A program made the translations under genes and the position numbers. The notes under the pieces were generated by a model, which saw only the letters and a program-made list of their open reading frames with translations, was not told where the DNA came from and made no database searches. This document shows positions 29,720 to 38,634 of a stretch of DNA of 64,000 nucleotides, piece by piece (positions within the stretch are counted from its first letter, which is position 1; each line of letters starts with the position of its first letter). The DNA lies in IMG/VR virus record IMGVR_UViG_3300028829_003504, positions 186,001-250,000 of that record; one strand, given 5' to 3'.

Positions 29720-30202
29720 ATGAAACAATTTGATACCAACCCCGACCGTCTTAGACGGCAACAGGCTGTTATGTCTCACTTAAAATTCTATCGTGGTGAG
29801 CTAGATGGTATTTGGGGACCGGCTTCTATTAGTGCTAAGAAAGCATTTGAGGTCAGTGGGTCATTCACTGGTGGGCTTCCTAACCAAGGACTTCCATTTA
29901 ATCCGAATGCCCAACTGCCCTCAATACTTTATCGTGACCCACAGACAGGACTTGTTTGTCATCCTGAACTAAGTGACGAGAAACTAACAGAGATGTTCCG
30001 CAGCCGTGGCAATGTTAGTGTAACTAAAGTGTCGGAAACTCAAGTATCTAATGATACTAAGAAAGTTGAACAACCGCATGTGCCTACGCAGCAGGAACCT
30101 CAGCGACAAGAGAACCGTAAGCAGGAACCTCAGCGACAAGAGAACCGTAAGCAGGAACCTCAGCGACAAGAGAAGCTTAAGCAGAAACATCGCCAAGGAT
30201 AG
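29720..30202 (+). CDS. Peptidoglycan-binding domain protein with repetitive C-terminal tail
   Basis: Q..L....Y.GELDGIWGP.S..A.KAF (PG_binding_1-like). Confidence 0.65.
   Translation: MKQFDTNPDRLRRQQAVMSHLKFYRGELDGIWGPASISAKKAFEVSGSFTGGLPNQGLPFNPNAQLPSILYRDPQTGLVCHPELSDEKLTEMFRSRGNVSVTKVSETQVSNDTKKVEQPHVPTQQEPQRQENRKQEPQRQENRKQEPQRQEKLKQKHRQG
30091..30180 (+). repeat. 30-bp tandem repeat x3 (QEPQRQENRK)
   Basis: GCAGGAACCTCAGCGACAAGAGAACCGTAA at 30091 and 30121, variant at 30151. Confidence 0.95.
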
Positions 30203-30299
30203 TGTACCCATGTGGACTAATAATCGACCAAGGTAGCATAATACAACTTCTATTCCATGAAAAGTGGCCTAAGTAGTTGGAAACAAGCAAACTGTAAAG

Positions 30300-30336
30300 A
30301 TACCCTATATGACTAATTGCTATATAGGGTATTTTT
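30300..30336 (+). terminator. 11-bp hairpin plus T tract overlapping the RBS of the HD gene
   Basis: ATACCCTATAT...ATATAGGGTAT TTTT. Confidence 0.6.
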
Positions 30337-30338
30337 GT

Positions 30339-31157
30339 ATGCAACACCAGTACATCGATTATGTTTATTCTTACGCCGTTAAGAAACGTGAATTACTCAT
30401 TCCATATTTAAAAGGCGATAAACACCACATCCCTGAACACTTCCTCTATCCCAATCACCTGATGACTACCTCTGACACCAAAGCATACTGTGACTTTATG
30501 CTGATGTCCATCAATGACGAAATAGATTTCCACCACTACGATGTAATCAATCGCGTAGACGCAGAACTTCAAAACATATTCGGCGTTGACTTTCACCAAC
30601 ACATGATTATGTTCGCACTCGCATTGGCTACATACTTACACGGTGACCCAGAAGCCGTTGACCATGCTCGTAATACAGGCGAACCTTATATTGAACATCC
30701 TCTTGAGGTGTATTACATTATATCACAGGTCACTAACCGTTATGCCGACCTCAACGAGTTTGAAACAGTAATGGTACTATCTGCTACGTTACTTCACGAT
30801 ACAATAGAAGGTACTAAGGCAACGGTAGAGCTTTTAGAGATAATATTCGGTAGAGACACTGCCTACTTGGTATGTGGCTGCTCAAAGACTGAGTCCCTTA
30901 TCGATTATCCGTTACCTCTTAGTGTGTTAAATCCTGATCATAGTACCACTGAACACTATGTTAATGGTTCGGAACATGTACAGAATATCAAGACAGCCGA
31001 TGCCATACATAACATAAGTTGCTTCGAAAGAGATAACCCAAAGTACGCACCTGTCTACGCAGAACGAAAAAGTAAGCTGCACGTACAATTTCTTAAGGCC
31101 GATAAACACTTAATGTCCAAGCTAATGAATTTGATTCACGGTAAAGTATTGGCTTAG
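30339..31157 (+). CDS. SpoT/MESH1-like HD-domain (p)ppGpp hydrolase homolog (start may be 30309)
   Basis: R.TGEPYIEHP.EV, ATLLHDTIEGT, IFG...A.LV...SK, IKTAD.IHN. Confidence 0.75.
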   Translation: MQHQYIDYVYSYAVKKRELLIPYLKGDKHHIPEHFLYPNHLMTTSDTKAYCDFMLMSINDEIDFHHYDVINRVDAELQNIFGVDFHQHMIMFALALATYLHGDPEAVDHARNTGEPYIEHPLEVYYIISQVTNRYADLNEFETVMVLSATLLHDTIEGTKATVELLEIIFGRDTAYLVCGCSKTESLIDYPLPLSVLNPDHSTTEHYVNGSEHVQNIKTADAIHNISCFERDNPKYAPVYAERKSKLHVQFLKADKHLMSKLMNLIHGKVLA

Positions 31158-31196
31158 TGTGAAAAGGCCTTAACATGCAATAATTAAGGATGCCGA

Positions 31197-34100
31197 ATGA
31201 GTGGAATTAAGTATGCCCCTTTCGATTTTAAAATTTCATCTAAGTTCTCCGATGGAGACGACGATGGATATAGTTATATTGAACTGCCTAGGCATAGAAA
31301 GAAAGGAGCCCCTAAAGTAATGTTTGTTCTCGATCATGTTCCTACTGAGGATTTGGTGAGAGGCAAGTTACTTCAAGGCTTTACAGGCGAGACTCTTATG
31401 GCTATGTTTGACGTAGCGAGAGACGTTTACGGATGCAAAGTATCGGAGAGAGATTTAGATTGGCTGGGTTTTAATTTTAATGCCTTCAAGACGTATAATA
31501 AGTCCCAAGAGTTTATCGAAGAGTCAGAGGAGCTTTTCAAGAAAAGATTAAACTCCGCTATTGTTCAATATAAGCCTGATGTCGTGATAACCTTTGGACC
31601 TAAGCCCTTTGCCGCGTTGAACAGTACTAAGCTACATTGGGCAAAAGGAAATGTCAGTAACTTCTTAGGCACTTCTATTAACACTAGTATTAAGTACAAG
31701 GGTAAACGACATTCGTTCAAAAATGTCCCAACGTTGAGCTTAAATTCACTGCTTGGAGGCAAAAGCCAGTTCAATTTAGGGGTGTCTTCTTATCTTCTAG
31801 GGTATGTAACACGAAACCTGATTACAGGCATTGAAGGTAAGATGCGCTACAAAATACCTTCACTTTACCGTAAAGTAGGCGGTGTTAGAAAGCCTAAGTA
31901 TAAAACGATTCTCACTGACACAGTAGGTAAGGTTAAGAAGTGTTTAGATCGAATGGCAAAAGCCAAAGTCGTTGCTATAGACACGGAGACCGAAAACTTA
32001 GCGCGAATTGTGAATAACGTCCTAACGGTTCAAATGAGTGACGATGGCAAAAGTGCCTTTATCATTCCGATTCACCATAAAGACAGCCCGTTCACGACTA
32101 AAGAAAAGAAAATCGTTATTCGGATGCTTAGGGAATACTTTGAGTATGGTAATAACAATGACGTTCAAATCTATGTTAATGGTAAGTTCGATTTAAACAT
32201 AATGCGGACTAACTTCAAAATCAAATACTACAAGTCAAACGTATGGGACTTGATTGCTGGCGAATATGTTCTTGATGAAAACATGAAGATACTCACCACT
32301 ATGACTGGCTACGGTTACTACAACTTAGGTAACATGGCAATGCAGTACGGTTGTACCGCGTTTCTTGAGAGTGATTTTGGTAAAGAGAACCGAGCTACTA
32401 TTAAAGATACGGATTTAGATAGACCTCTGTTGGAATATTGTGCGCTTGATGTTATTGTCCCTTTCCATATCTATAAGCAACAACTTAGGCGGGCTGAGGA
32501 TGAAGGATATGATTACTATTACCAAATGGTCGCTAATCAAATCAGCGATCAGATTAATGTGTTTAGTACCCTTGAGTGTACCGGAGCCTTAGCAGATATC
32601 GAATACCTGTTCAGACTTAAACTACCTGACAGTCCTATTAACGTAGAACTCAAGAAAGCCGAAGATAGATTGTATAAGTCTAAAGCTGTAGCTAAAGCGA
32701 ATGCAATTCTAGGCGCGGATAATAAAGTTCCGACTGAAGGTCTATGGGGGTCATTCAAAGCTACACTGTTTGACCTTACTAAATCCGAACATAAGCAAGT
32801 ACTGTTCTTCGATGTACTTGGATTAAAACCTTTGAAGTTAGGTAAGAACATACGACCTAACGGGGAGAAAGAAGGTGCTATAGGTAAAGACTTCCAGAAA
32901 GCATATAAGGAAGTTAAAGAAGTTTCTTGGTTTGATAAGATAACCAAAGTTAAGAAACTCCGTGACGCCTATGTAAAAAGCTTAATCAAACTTTGGGGTA
33001 GTGACGACGACCTCAAGACTGATAAACGAATCCGACCGACTTACAACTTTAGTAAGATCGTAACGGGTCGTACATCGGCTGAGAAGCCGAATCTACAGCA
33101 GATACCAAGCCGCTCAGAACTTGGTAAGCACATTAAACGATTGTTCATTGCAGGCAAAGGTAAGATACTTATCAAAGTGGATTACTCTGCACATGAAGTA
33201 CGTTGTTGGTCAATCATATCTGGAGACCAAGCTGTTGCTGACGTATTCCAAGTAGGTGCCGACTTCCGTAACCGCTATAAGTTATTCCCAGATCCATTAA
33301 TATGGAGAAAGATTGATTTAGAAGGTGATGTACATAAAATCAATGCTGCATACTTCTTTGGCGTTGACGTATCTGCCGTTACTAAGTTCTTACGTGACTC
33401 CGTTAAGACCGTAATATTCGGTTTGATATACGGACAAGGTGATAACGGTCTAGCTGCCGCTACCGATAACACGGTTGCTAAGATTGTTGAGTTAAAGAAA
33501 CGATTCCTCGAACGATTCCCTGTTGGTGTTAAATGGTTCTCTAAAGTACATGACATAGTTAATAAGTACTTCTTCTGTGAATCACCTATCGGCCGTCGCC
33601 GTCATCTTTGGGGCTTAGCTTTACCTAAGTCAGTTCCAAACTTAGATGGTATTAATGCAAGGTGCCTAAGGCAGTCTGTTAACTCATTAGTACAGGGTTT
33701 CGGTTCTGATTTAATGATGGTAGGTATCCGTAACGTTGACCGAATGAAGTATGAGCACTTCGAAGAAACTGGACATTATCCTGATATGGACCTATGTGTA
33801 TCGGTGCACGATAGTTTAACAGTCGAAGTTGCCTACGAAGATTTCTGGTTAGCGTTAGATTTCATAGATAGAGGCTTAACCTCCGTAGTTGAAGATAAGA
33901 TCAAAGAGCGTTATGGTTACAGCTTTGTATCTTCACCTGAAGTTGACTTTGATATTGGACCTACTGAGCGTGACGTTAAAGGTTGGGATTTCTCGTTTGA
34001 GCAGATGAAGAAGCATGTACGTACCTCCCTTGAATTTCAGAATGAGGAATGGGACCACGAGATAGATATTGATGATGTCATGAATAATATCTTTGAGGAA

Positions 34101-34367
34101 CAATACGATACAATGCCTGAGTTTATGAAGAAGCAACTTTGGGCCACACGTACCAAGATTGATTCTATGGGTGATACAGACCCTCGTTCTAAGAAAGAGA
34201 GAAAGCTTTCTAAGAAGTACCGTTCAGAACTTTCTGCAAACACACGCCAGTTCATTAAGGAAGAGCGTGAAGAGAAAGAACGTAAGAAAAAAGAAGAAGT
34301 TAAGAAACTTCGTAAAGCCGAGAAAGCTAAAGCCAAGAAAGATAAACGGGCTAAGGAAGCAGCGTGA
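31197..34367 (+). CDS. polA: Family A DNA polymerase with N-terminal uracil-DNA-glycosylase-like domain and 3'-5' exonuclease
   Basis: IDTET exo I, NGKFD exo II, YCALD exo III, TGRTS..PNLQQIP, DYSAHE motif A, R...K...FGLIYG motif B, VHDS motif C. N-terminal PKVMFV...P...D...G....G.TG and KPDVVITFG. Confidence 0.92.
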   Translation: MSGIKYAPFDFKISSKFSDGDDDGYSYIELPRHRKKGAPKVMFVLDHVPTEDLVRGKLLQGFTGETLMAMFDVARDVYGCKVSERDLDWLGFNFNAFKTYNKSQEFIEESEELFKKRLNSAIVQYKPDVVITFGPKPFAALNSTKLHWAKGNVSNFLGTSINTSIKYKGKRHSFKNVPTLSLNSLLGGKSQFNLGVSSYLLGYVTRNLITGIEGKMRYKIPSLYRKVGGVRKPKYKTILTDTVGKVKKCLDRMAKAKVVAIDTETENLARIVNNVLTVQMSDDGKSAFIIPIHHKDSPFTTKEKKIVIRMLREYFEYGNNNDVQIYVNGKFDLNIMRTNFKIKYYKSNVWDLIAGEYVLDENMKILTTMTGYGYYNLGNMAMQYGCTAFLESDFGKENRATIKDTDLDRPLLEYCALDVIVPFHIYKQQLRRAEDEGYDYYYQMVANQISDQINVFSTLECTGALADIEYLFRLKLPDSPINVELKKAEDRLYKSKAVAKANAILGADNKVPTEGLWGSFKATLFDLTKSEHKQVLFFDVLGLKPLKLGKNIRPNGEKEGAIGKDFQKAYKEVKEVSWFDKITKVKKLRDAYVKSLIKLWGSDDDLKTDKRIRPTYNFSKIVTGRTSAEKPNLQQIPSRSELGKHIKRLFIAGKGKILIKVDYSAHEVRCWSIISGDQAVADVFQVGADFRNRYKLFPDPLIWRKIDLEGDVHKINAAYFFGVDVSAVTKFLRDSVKTVIFGLIYGQGDNGLAAATDNTVAKIVELKKRFLERFPVGVKWFSKVHDIVNKYFFCESPIGRRRHLWGLALPKSVPNLDGINARCLRQSVNSLVQGFGSDLMMVGIRNVDRMKYEHFEETGHYPDMDLCVSVHDSLTVEVAYEDFWLALDFIDRGLTSVVEDKIKERYGYSFVSSPEVDFDIGPTERDVKGWDFSFEQMKKHVRTSLEFQNEEWDHEIDIDDVMNNIFEEQYDTMPEFMKKQLWATRTKIDSMGDTDPRSKKERKLSKKYRSELSANTRQFIKEEREEKERKKKEEVKKLRKAEKAKAKKDKRAKEAA

Positions 34368-35284
34368 TGAAGATTAGATATGTAGGTATATATGCCGCGC
34401 CTTATAAGTATGGACCTCTAGCCGGGCTCCCTACTATACATCTAGAATTATTTGGATGCAATCTTACCTGCTCCGCTATGAATAATCCTAAGAACGAAGA
34501 CCTTATCTTTATTGACACTCAAGAAGGTAAAGCTGATAGGACTAGATTTACTGTTGGCTGTAGCCATAGATTTGCATGGGATACTGATTATTTCCATGCT
34601 ACTACTATGGGCGATGCGTACCACATAGCAGATGCAATACTTAAGCTTGTAGGACCTAAGGGCTTCTTCAACCGGAGTTCAGTAGTTCTAAGTATAGGTG
34701 GAGGCGAACCTTTACTACAGCAAGAAAGTATAGTCGAGATTCTTAAGGCCTTAGATAGACGATGCGCGGTAGCTAGACTAATTCCACCTTCTGTTGTTTC
34801 CATAGAAACCAACTCTACACAACATCTTAAGTCTAGTTTTAAATCCTATCTAACAAGATGGCGCGACCGTTACTCGGATATTGAGCAAGCTCAAAGGACG
34901 GTACACTTCTTGAATTCACCTAAGCTTTCCATATCGGGTGAGGATACGGACATGAGTATAATGCCTAGTATTATATTAGAGCAGTTTACGTCGAACTTCG
35001 GCGTTAGTTTGGTATTCCCTACAAGATACAAGACCCAAGATTTCGACGATATTGTTTCTTACTTTGATGTGTGTAAGGAGTACATTAAAACTATGGGGAC
35101 TACGTGGATTAATAGCGGTGACACTTCGGACTACATGACACGTCTTCTAAGTATCGTTCCTTACGTATTTCCCGTAGGTATTACACCTCCTACCGAGAAG
35201 GCACACGAGCACATGGCTATGCGATATGGCTTTATATATAACAGGAACTACCAAGTTAGCGAGGTGACAGATTGTCTGAGCTAA
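34364..35284 (+). CDS. queE: QueE-like radical SAM enzyme (7-carboxy-7-deazaguanine synthase-like)
   Basis: G.L.G.P.....FGCNLTC...GC, GGEPLLQQ, IETN, SPKL. Confidence 0.65.
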   Translation: MMKIRYVGIYAAPYKYGPLAGLPTIHLELFGCNLTCSAMNNPKNEDLIFIDTQEGKADRTRFTVGCSHRFAWDTDYFHATTMGDAYHIADAILKLVGPKGFFNRSSVVLSIGGGEPLLQQESIVEILKALDRRCAVARLIPPSVVSIETNSTQHLKSSFKSYLTRWRDRYSDIEQAQRTVHFLNSPKLSISGEDTDMSIMPSIILEQFTSNFGVSLVFPTRYKTQDFDDIVSYFDVCKEYIKTMGTTWINSGDTSDYMTRLLSIVPYVFPVGITPPTEKAHEHMAMRYGFIYNRNYQVSEVTDCLS

Positions 35285-35640
35285 AAATAAAAGAAGGCAT
35301 GGCAGAAAGATTAAGTCAATTGCTTCTCTTAGACCCACTGAACACCGTGTCTATGGTACGTCAACTTAGTATGTTTAGCTTTGACGTGGCTATGCACCCT
35401 ATCGAAACAACACCATTGAATGCTCGGATTCTGATTTCAGATTCCCTCGGCATCATCAATGGACTTGTAGGCGATAATAAATACCAGATAGTTGCCGTAT
35501 ACAATAAACAAGGTTCTATTGCTTGCTTCGAAGTTAAGCCTACGGATCGTACTAAGATAGCAACTGTAAAACAACTAGAAGAACTACAAAAACGCAAAGA
35601 GGTTGATGATGGCATTAAAGCCCTTGAAGATACAGAATAA
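35272..35640 (+). CDS. Hypothetical protein
   Basis: TTG start after GAGGTG. Confidence 0.6.
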   Translation: MSELKIKEGMAERLSQLLLLDPLNTVSMVRQLSMFSFDVAMHPIETTPLNARILISDSLGIINGLVGDNKYQIVAVYNKQGSIACFEVKPTDRTKIATVKQLEELQKRKEVDDGIKALEDTE

Positions 35641-36793
35641 AGGCAGCGGTTTCTCGTTCACGGTCCACGCTAAGAAGATGGTGGAGAAGATCCAACGTAT
35701 AATGGAAGTGACAGGCTACAGTAGTAAATCCGATGTAGGTCGTTTCCATTTAATCGTTAGTGACGGCGAAAGTGCTTACGTGGTAGGATATAGCGACGAG
35801 ACTCATGGAGTTCTTGAGTTACCTGACGTTGAAGTTGAAGGTAAGGGTTCATTTATTATATCCGAGCCGGAGGTATTCGTTAAGTTAATGAAAACCCGGG
35901 AGGCTATGTCGTTCGCTTACAATGGCGGTAGCTTAAACTATAAAGCGGTTAAAGGTAAGTTTACAGGTGACGTAAATACGGTTAAGATTGCTGATGATCA
36001 GGTCATTCGTGTTAACTCCATGTTTAAAGGTGTGGACGGCGGTAGTAAGTTAAGCCCTGAACTTATGATAAAGATACGTGAAGGTGTCAAGCGTACTCGT
36101 ATCAATGACCTATATCAAAACAAAATAGTTTTAAGCTGTGTTCGTTTCTCTGATAATGTACTGACAGTTAGTACTGCGGATGAACTACACCTAGCCCACT
36201 ACGAAGCTAAGTTGAAAGTTAAAGATAGGCCATTTCAGTTGGCTCTACCTGCTCAGTTGTTTACTACCGTTGACAAGTTCACAGGCGATACGGAATCAAA
36301 CTTCTCAATGACCAGTAAAGGTTTTGCGGTATACGGAGATGATTACCTGATCGGATTCCCTCCTCTACAGGCTGATGACGAGTTGTACCGTAAAGTACCT
36401 ATGTATATTGCAGCGCTGGATAAACCTGTTTGCATGTTTGAGACAGGAGCCAAGTTAATTGAGACACAGAAGAGCATTAGCTCTCTTGCCCACAAAGGTA
36501 GCCGATACATATTCAACATCGTTAAAAAAGGTCTCGTTAAGATTAGTTTGAAGACTGATAGCGGTAGTGGTAGCGATTCATTTAAAGTATCAAACCTAAA
36601 AATGAAAGCCTCTAAGCTTGAAATTCGAATCGATCCAATTATATTTGAAGATTTAATTACTTTGGCTGATAAAGATTGTATACCCATGTCTCTTTACACA
36701 CGTAAAGGTGGACTTGATGTTAAAATGTATACCGTGAAAGCAACCCCTAGTAAAGGCTCTAAATTAACTCTTATGGGAAGTGTGAGTCAGTAA
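35609..36793 (+). CDS. dnaN: Sliding clamp, DNA polymerase III beta-like
   Basis: ~390 aa, three-domain beta/alpha pattern, STADELHLA resembling ATDGHRLA; replication context. Confidence 0.6.
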   Translation: MALKPLKIQNKGSGFSFTVHAKKMVEKIQRIMEVTGYSSKSDVGRFHLIVSDGESAYVVGYSDETHGVLELPDVEVEGKGSFIISEPEVFVKLMKTREAMSFAYNGGSLNYKAVKGKFTGDVNTVKIADDQVIRVNSMFKGVDGGSKLSPELMIKIREGVKRTRINDLYQNKIVLSCVRFSDNVLTVSTADELHLAHYEAKLKVKDRPFQLALPAQLFTTVDKFTGDTESNFSMTSKGFAVYGDDYLIGFPPLQADDELYRKVPMYIAALDKPVCMFETGAKLIETQKSISSLAHKGSRYIFNIVKKGLVKISLKTDSGSGSDSFKVSNLKMKASKLEIRIDPIIFEDLITLADKDCIPMSLYTRKGGLDVKMYTVKATPSKGSKLTLMGSVSQ

Positions 36794-37263
36794 TGGAACT
36801 GCCTAATAGTATATCCCCAATACGAAACTTAGGTAAGAGTTTTGCCGTTAATGGTGACATGGTCGCATTAGATACATTTACTGCTCTAGGTAAGGCTACT
36901 AAAGGAAGATACCATATAGTATTATTCCATAGGGATACTCTAGACTGGAGAGACCTAAAGGTTGATGTGGAGTCAGAGATAGCCCATAGTGGATCATTGA
37001 CCCAGTACTTAATAAAATCAATTGAAGGGGTATACATAGGCAGTCTACTAGTAGTTAACCCTAGACTATGCCTATACGCGCCCTACAGAGTATCAATTAA
37101 GGACAAAGATACGGCCACCGAATTTAACTGTAAAGGTGAAGGCGGTACGGGCGGCGTATTGGTATACAACGACGACTCTAGTAATTCTGTGGCAATAGCA
37201 CTGAGTACGAAACGTAACTCATTCTTAGTAACCGTAGGTAATGAAAGTCGTGGAGATTCATAA
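36793..37263 (+). CDS. Hypothetical protein
   Basis: TAATG coupled. Confidence 0.7.
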   Translation: MELPNSISPIRNLGKSFAVNGDMVALDTFTALGKATKGRYHIVLFHRDTLDWRDLKVDVESEIAHSGSLTQYLIKSIEGVYIGSLLVVNPRLCLYAPYRVSIKDKDTATEFNCKGEGGTGGVLVYNDDSSNSVAIALSTKRNSFLVTVGNESRGDS

Positions 37264-37808
37264 TGGCTAGCAAAGAAGAAATATCCAGAGTTAGAAGAAA
37301 GATAAAGAAAGATAAACGGTACAAGCAGATGGATGCGGCGCTTGAGCTGAATCGGGACAAGATACAAACAAAGGCTTGGCGAAACGAGATGAAAGTAAAT
37401 CATCAGACTCGCTCCGTAGGCAAGCTTCGTGTTAAAGACCCGAACTTCTTTAAGAAGATGGCTAAGGCTTGTGCCTTCGAAGTAGCTGCACGTTCCCGTC
37501 TTGCCGAAATGGCCGTTGTGTGTTCTGAGATAGAGCGCTCGTTGAAGTCGCACTTAGACCATTTTAGCGACTACGTAATGTTAACATACAGCGCCGACTT
37601 AAAACTGTTTAGTACAATTAAAGAGCGAACCAAACTTATCGATACCATCCTTAGGGATTTTCATACGTACCTCGATGATATTACGTCATTACGTACACAG
37701 ATTTATATCTACATTGAAGATATTGATAAGACAGGTTACGCAGTTAAAAATATGGTTAGTGTCTTCGAAGTTGTTATACGCAACGAAGGCCGCATCAACA
37801 TGAAATAG
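37263..37808 (+). CDS. Hypothetical helical protein (possibly UvsY-like)
   Basis: All-helical coiled-coil pattern near the SF2 helicase; UvsY role is a guess. Confidence 0.45.
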   Translation: MASKEEISRVRRKIKKDKRYKQMDAALELNRDKIQTKAWRNEMKVNHQTRSVGKLRVKDPNFFKKMAKACAFEVAARSRLAEMAVVCSEIERSLKSHLDHFSDYVMLTYSADLKLFSTIKERTKLIDTILRDFHTYLDDITSLRTQIYIYIEDIDKTGYAVKNMVSVFEVVIRNEGRINMK

Positions 37809-37816
37809 GAAACGTT

Positions 37817-38500
37817 ATGCTACAATATCCGAAGAATACAAATCGTCCAGAAGTATTTGAACACCAACAGAAAGAAATTAATGGTATTACGGCAATGCGT
37901 ACAGGTATTGCAGAATGCAATCCACACTCAGGTAAAACTAGGTCAGGCAGTGTGACTGGAGCTAAAGTAGAAAATCCATTGCACAAGGCGGGCCGCAAGT
38001 TGATAGACACTCTCGTGGCGCACCACGGTAAAGAAGGCGCACAGCGAATACTTACCCAACGCATTAAAGAATCTAAAGCAAAACAGTTGATGGAATCTGT
38101 TACACTTATTGCTAAGGTAGTACGTACCTTTGCTCCGCCTACCCCTCAGCAAGTTATCGACTTTGAATTACATCAAAAGGTTGTTCGCTATTTGCAGCAC
38201 TACCAAGTACAGCAAAGAATACGTGAACGTAGAATCGAACGTGCCGATGCTGCCGTGCAAGATGTTTCAGATGCTTTTGTACCTACCAACGAGCAGCTAT
38301 CCCACTTAAAGGATATGGTTTCTAGCGGCAGACCTCGTGGTATGGCTACCTCAATGGTTCATATGGACACGGTGGGTTTTCAGAATGGCAATGCTTCCTC
38401 CGATATAGATGATGATTATGGAAGCAATGCAGGTACTAACAGCGATGACCTTGACGATGAAGAAGCTGCCTCCGATATAACGTATGCGCTAAAAGTGTAA
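37817..38500 (+). CDS. Hypothetical protein with acidic tail
   Basis: 227-aa ORF, AGGA RBS. Confidence 0.7.
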   Translation: MLQYPKNTNRPEVFEHQQKEINGITAMRTGIAECNPHSGKTRSGSVTGAKVENPLHKAGRKLIDTLVAHHGKEGAQRILTQRIKESKAKQLMESVTLIAKVVRTFAPPTPQQVIDFELHQKVVRYLQHYQVQQRIRERRIERADAAVQDVSDAFVPTNEQLSHLKDMVSSGRPRGMATSMVHMDTVGFQNGNASSDIDDDYGSNAGTNSDDLDDEEAASDITYALKV

Positions 38501-38634
38501 TTTAGTTCCTAAAATATTGTAGGTTCATTACGATTATTCAAATTTACTGATAGTGATACGCACTTAATCCCGTCCAATGATAGACTGTGGCCTATAGTGT
38601 AAATGCAAGTAACGTAGAATAACCCGGGAGTATA

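Noticed and set aside
30091-30180. 30-bp repeats as a mini-CRISPR
   Set aside because: Head-to-tail with no spacers and in frame within a CDS.
31197-34367. Intein or intron in the polymerase, helicases or ligase
   Set aside because: The ORFs are continuous, and no intein splice motifs or LAGLIDADG blocks were seen.
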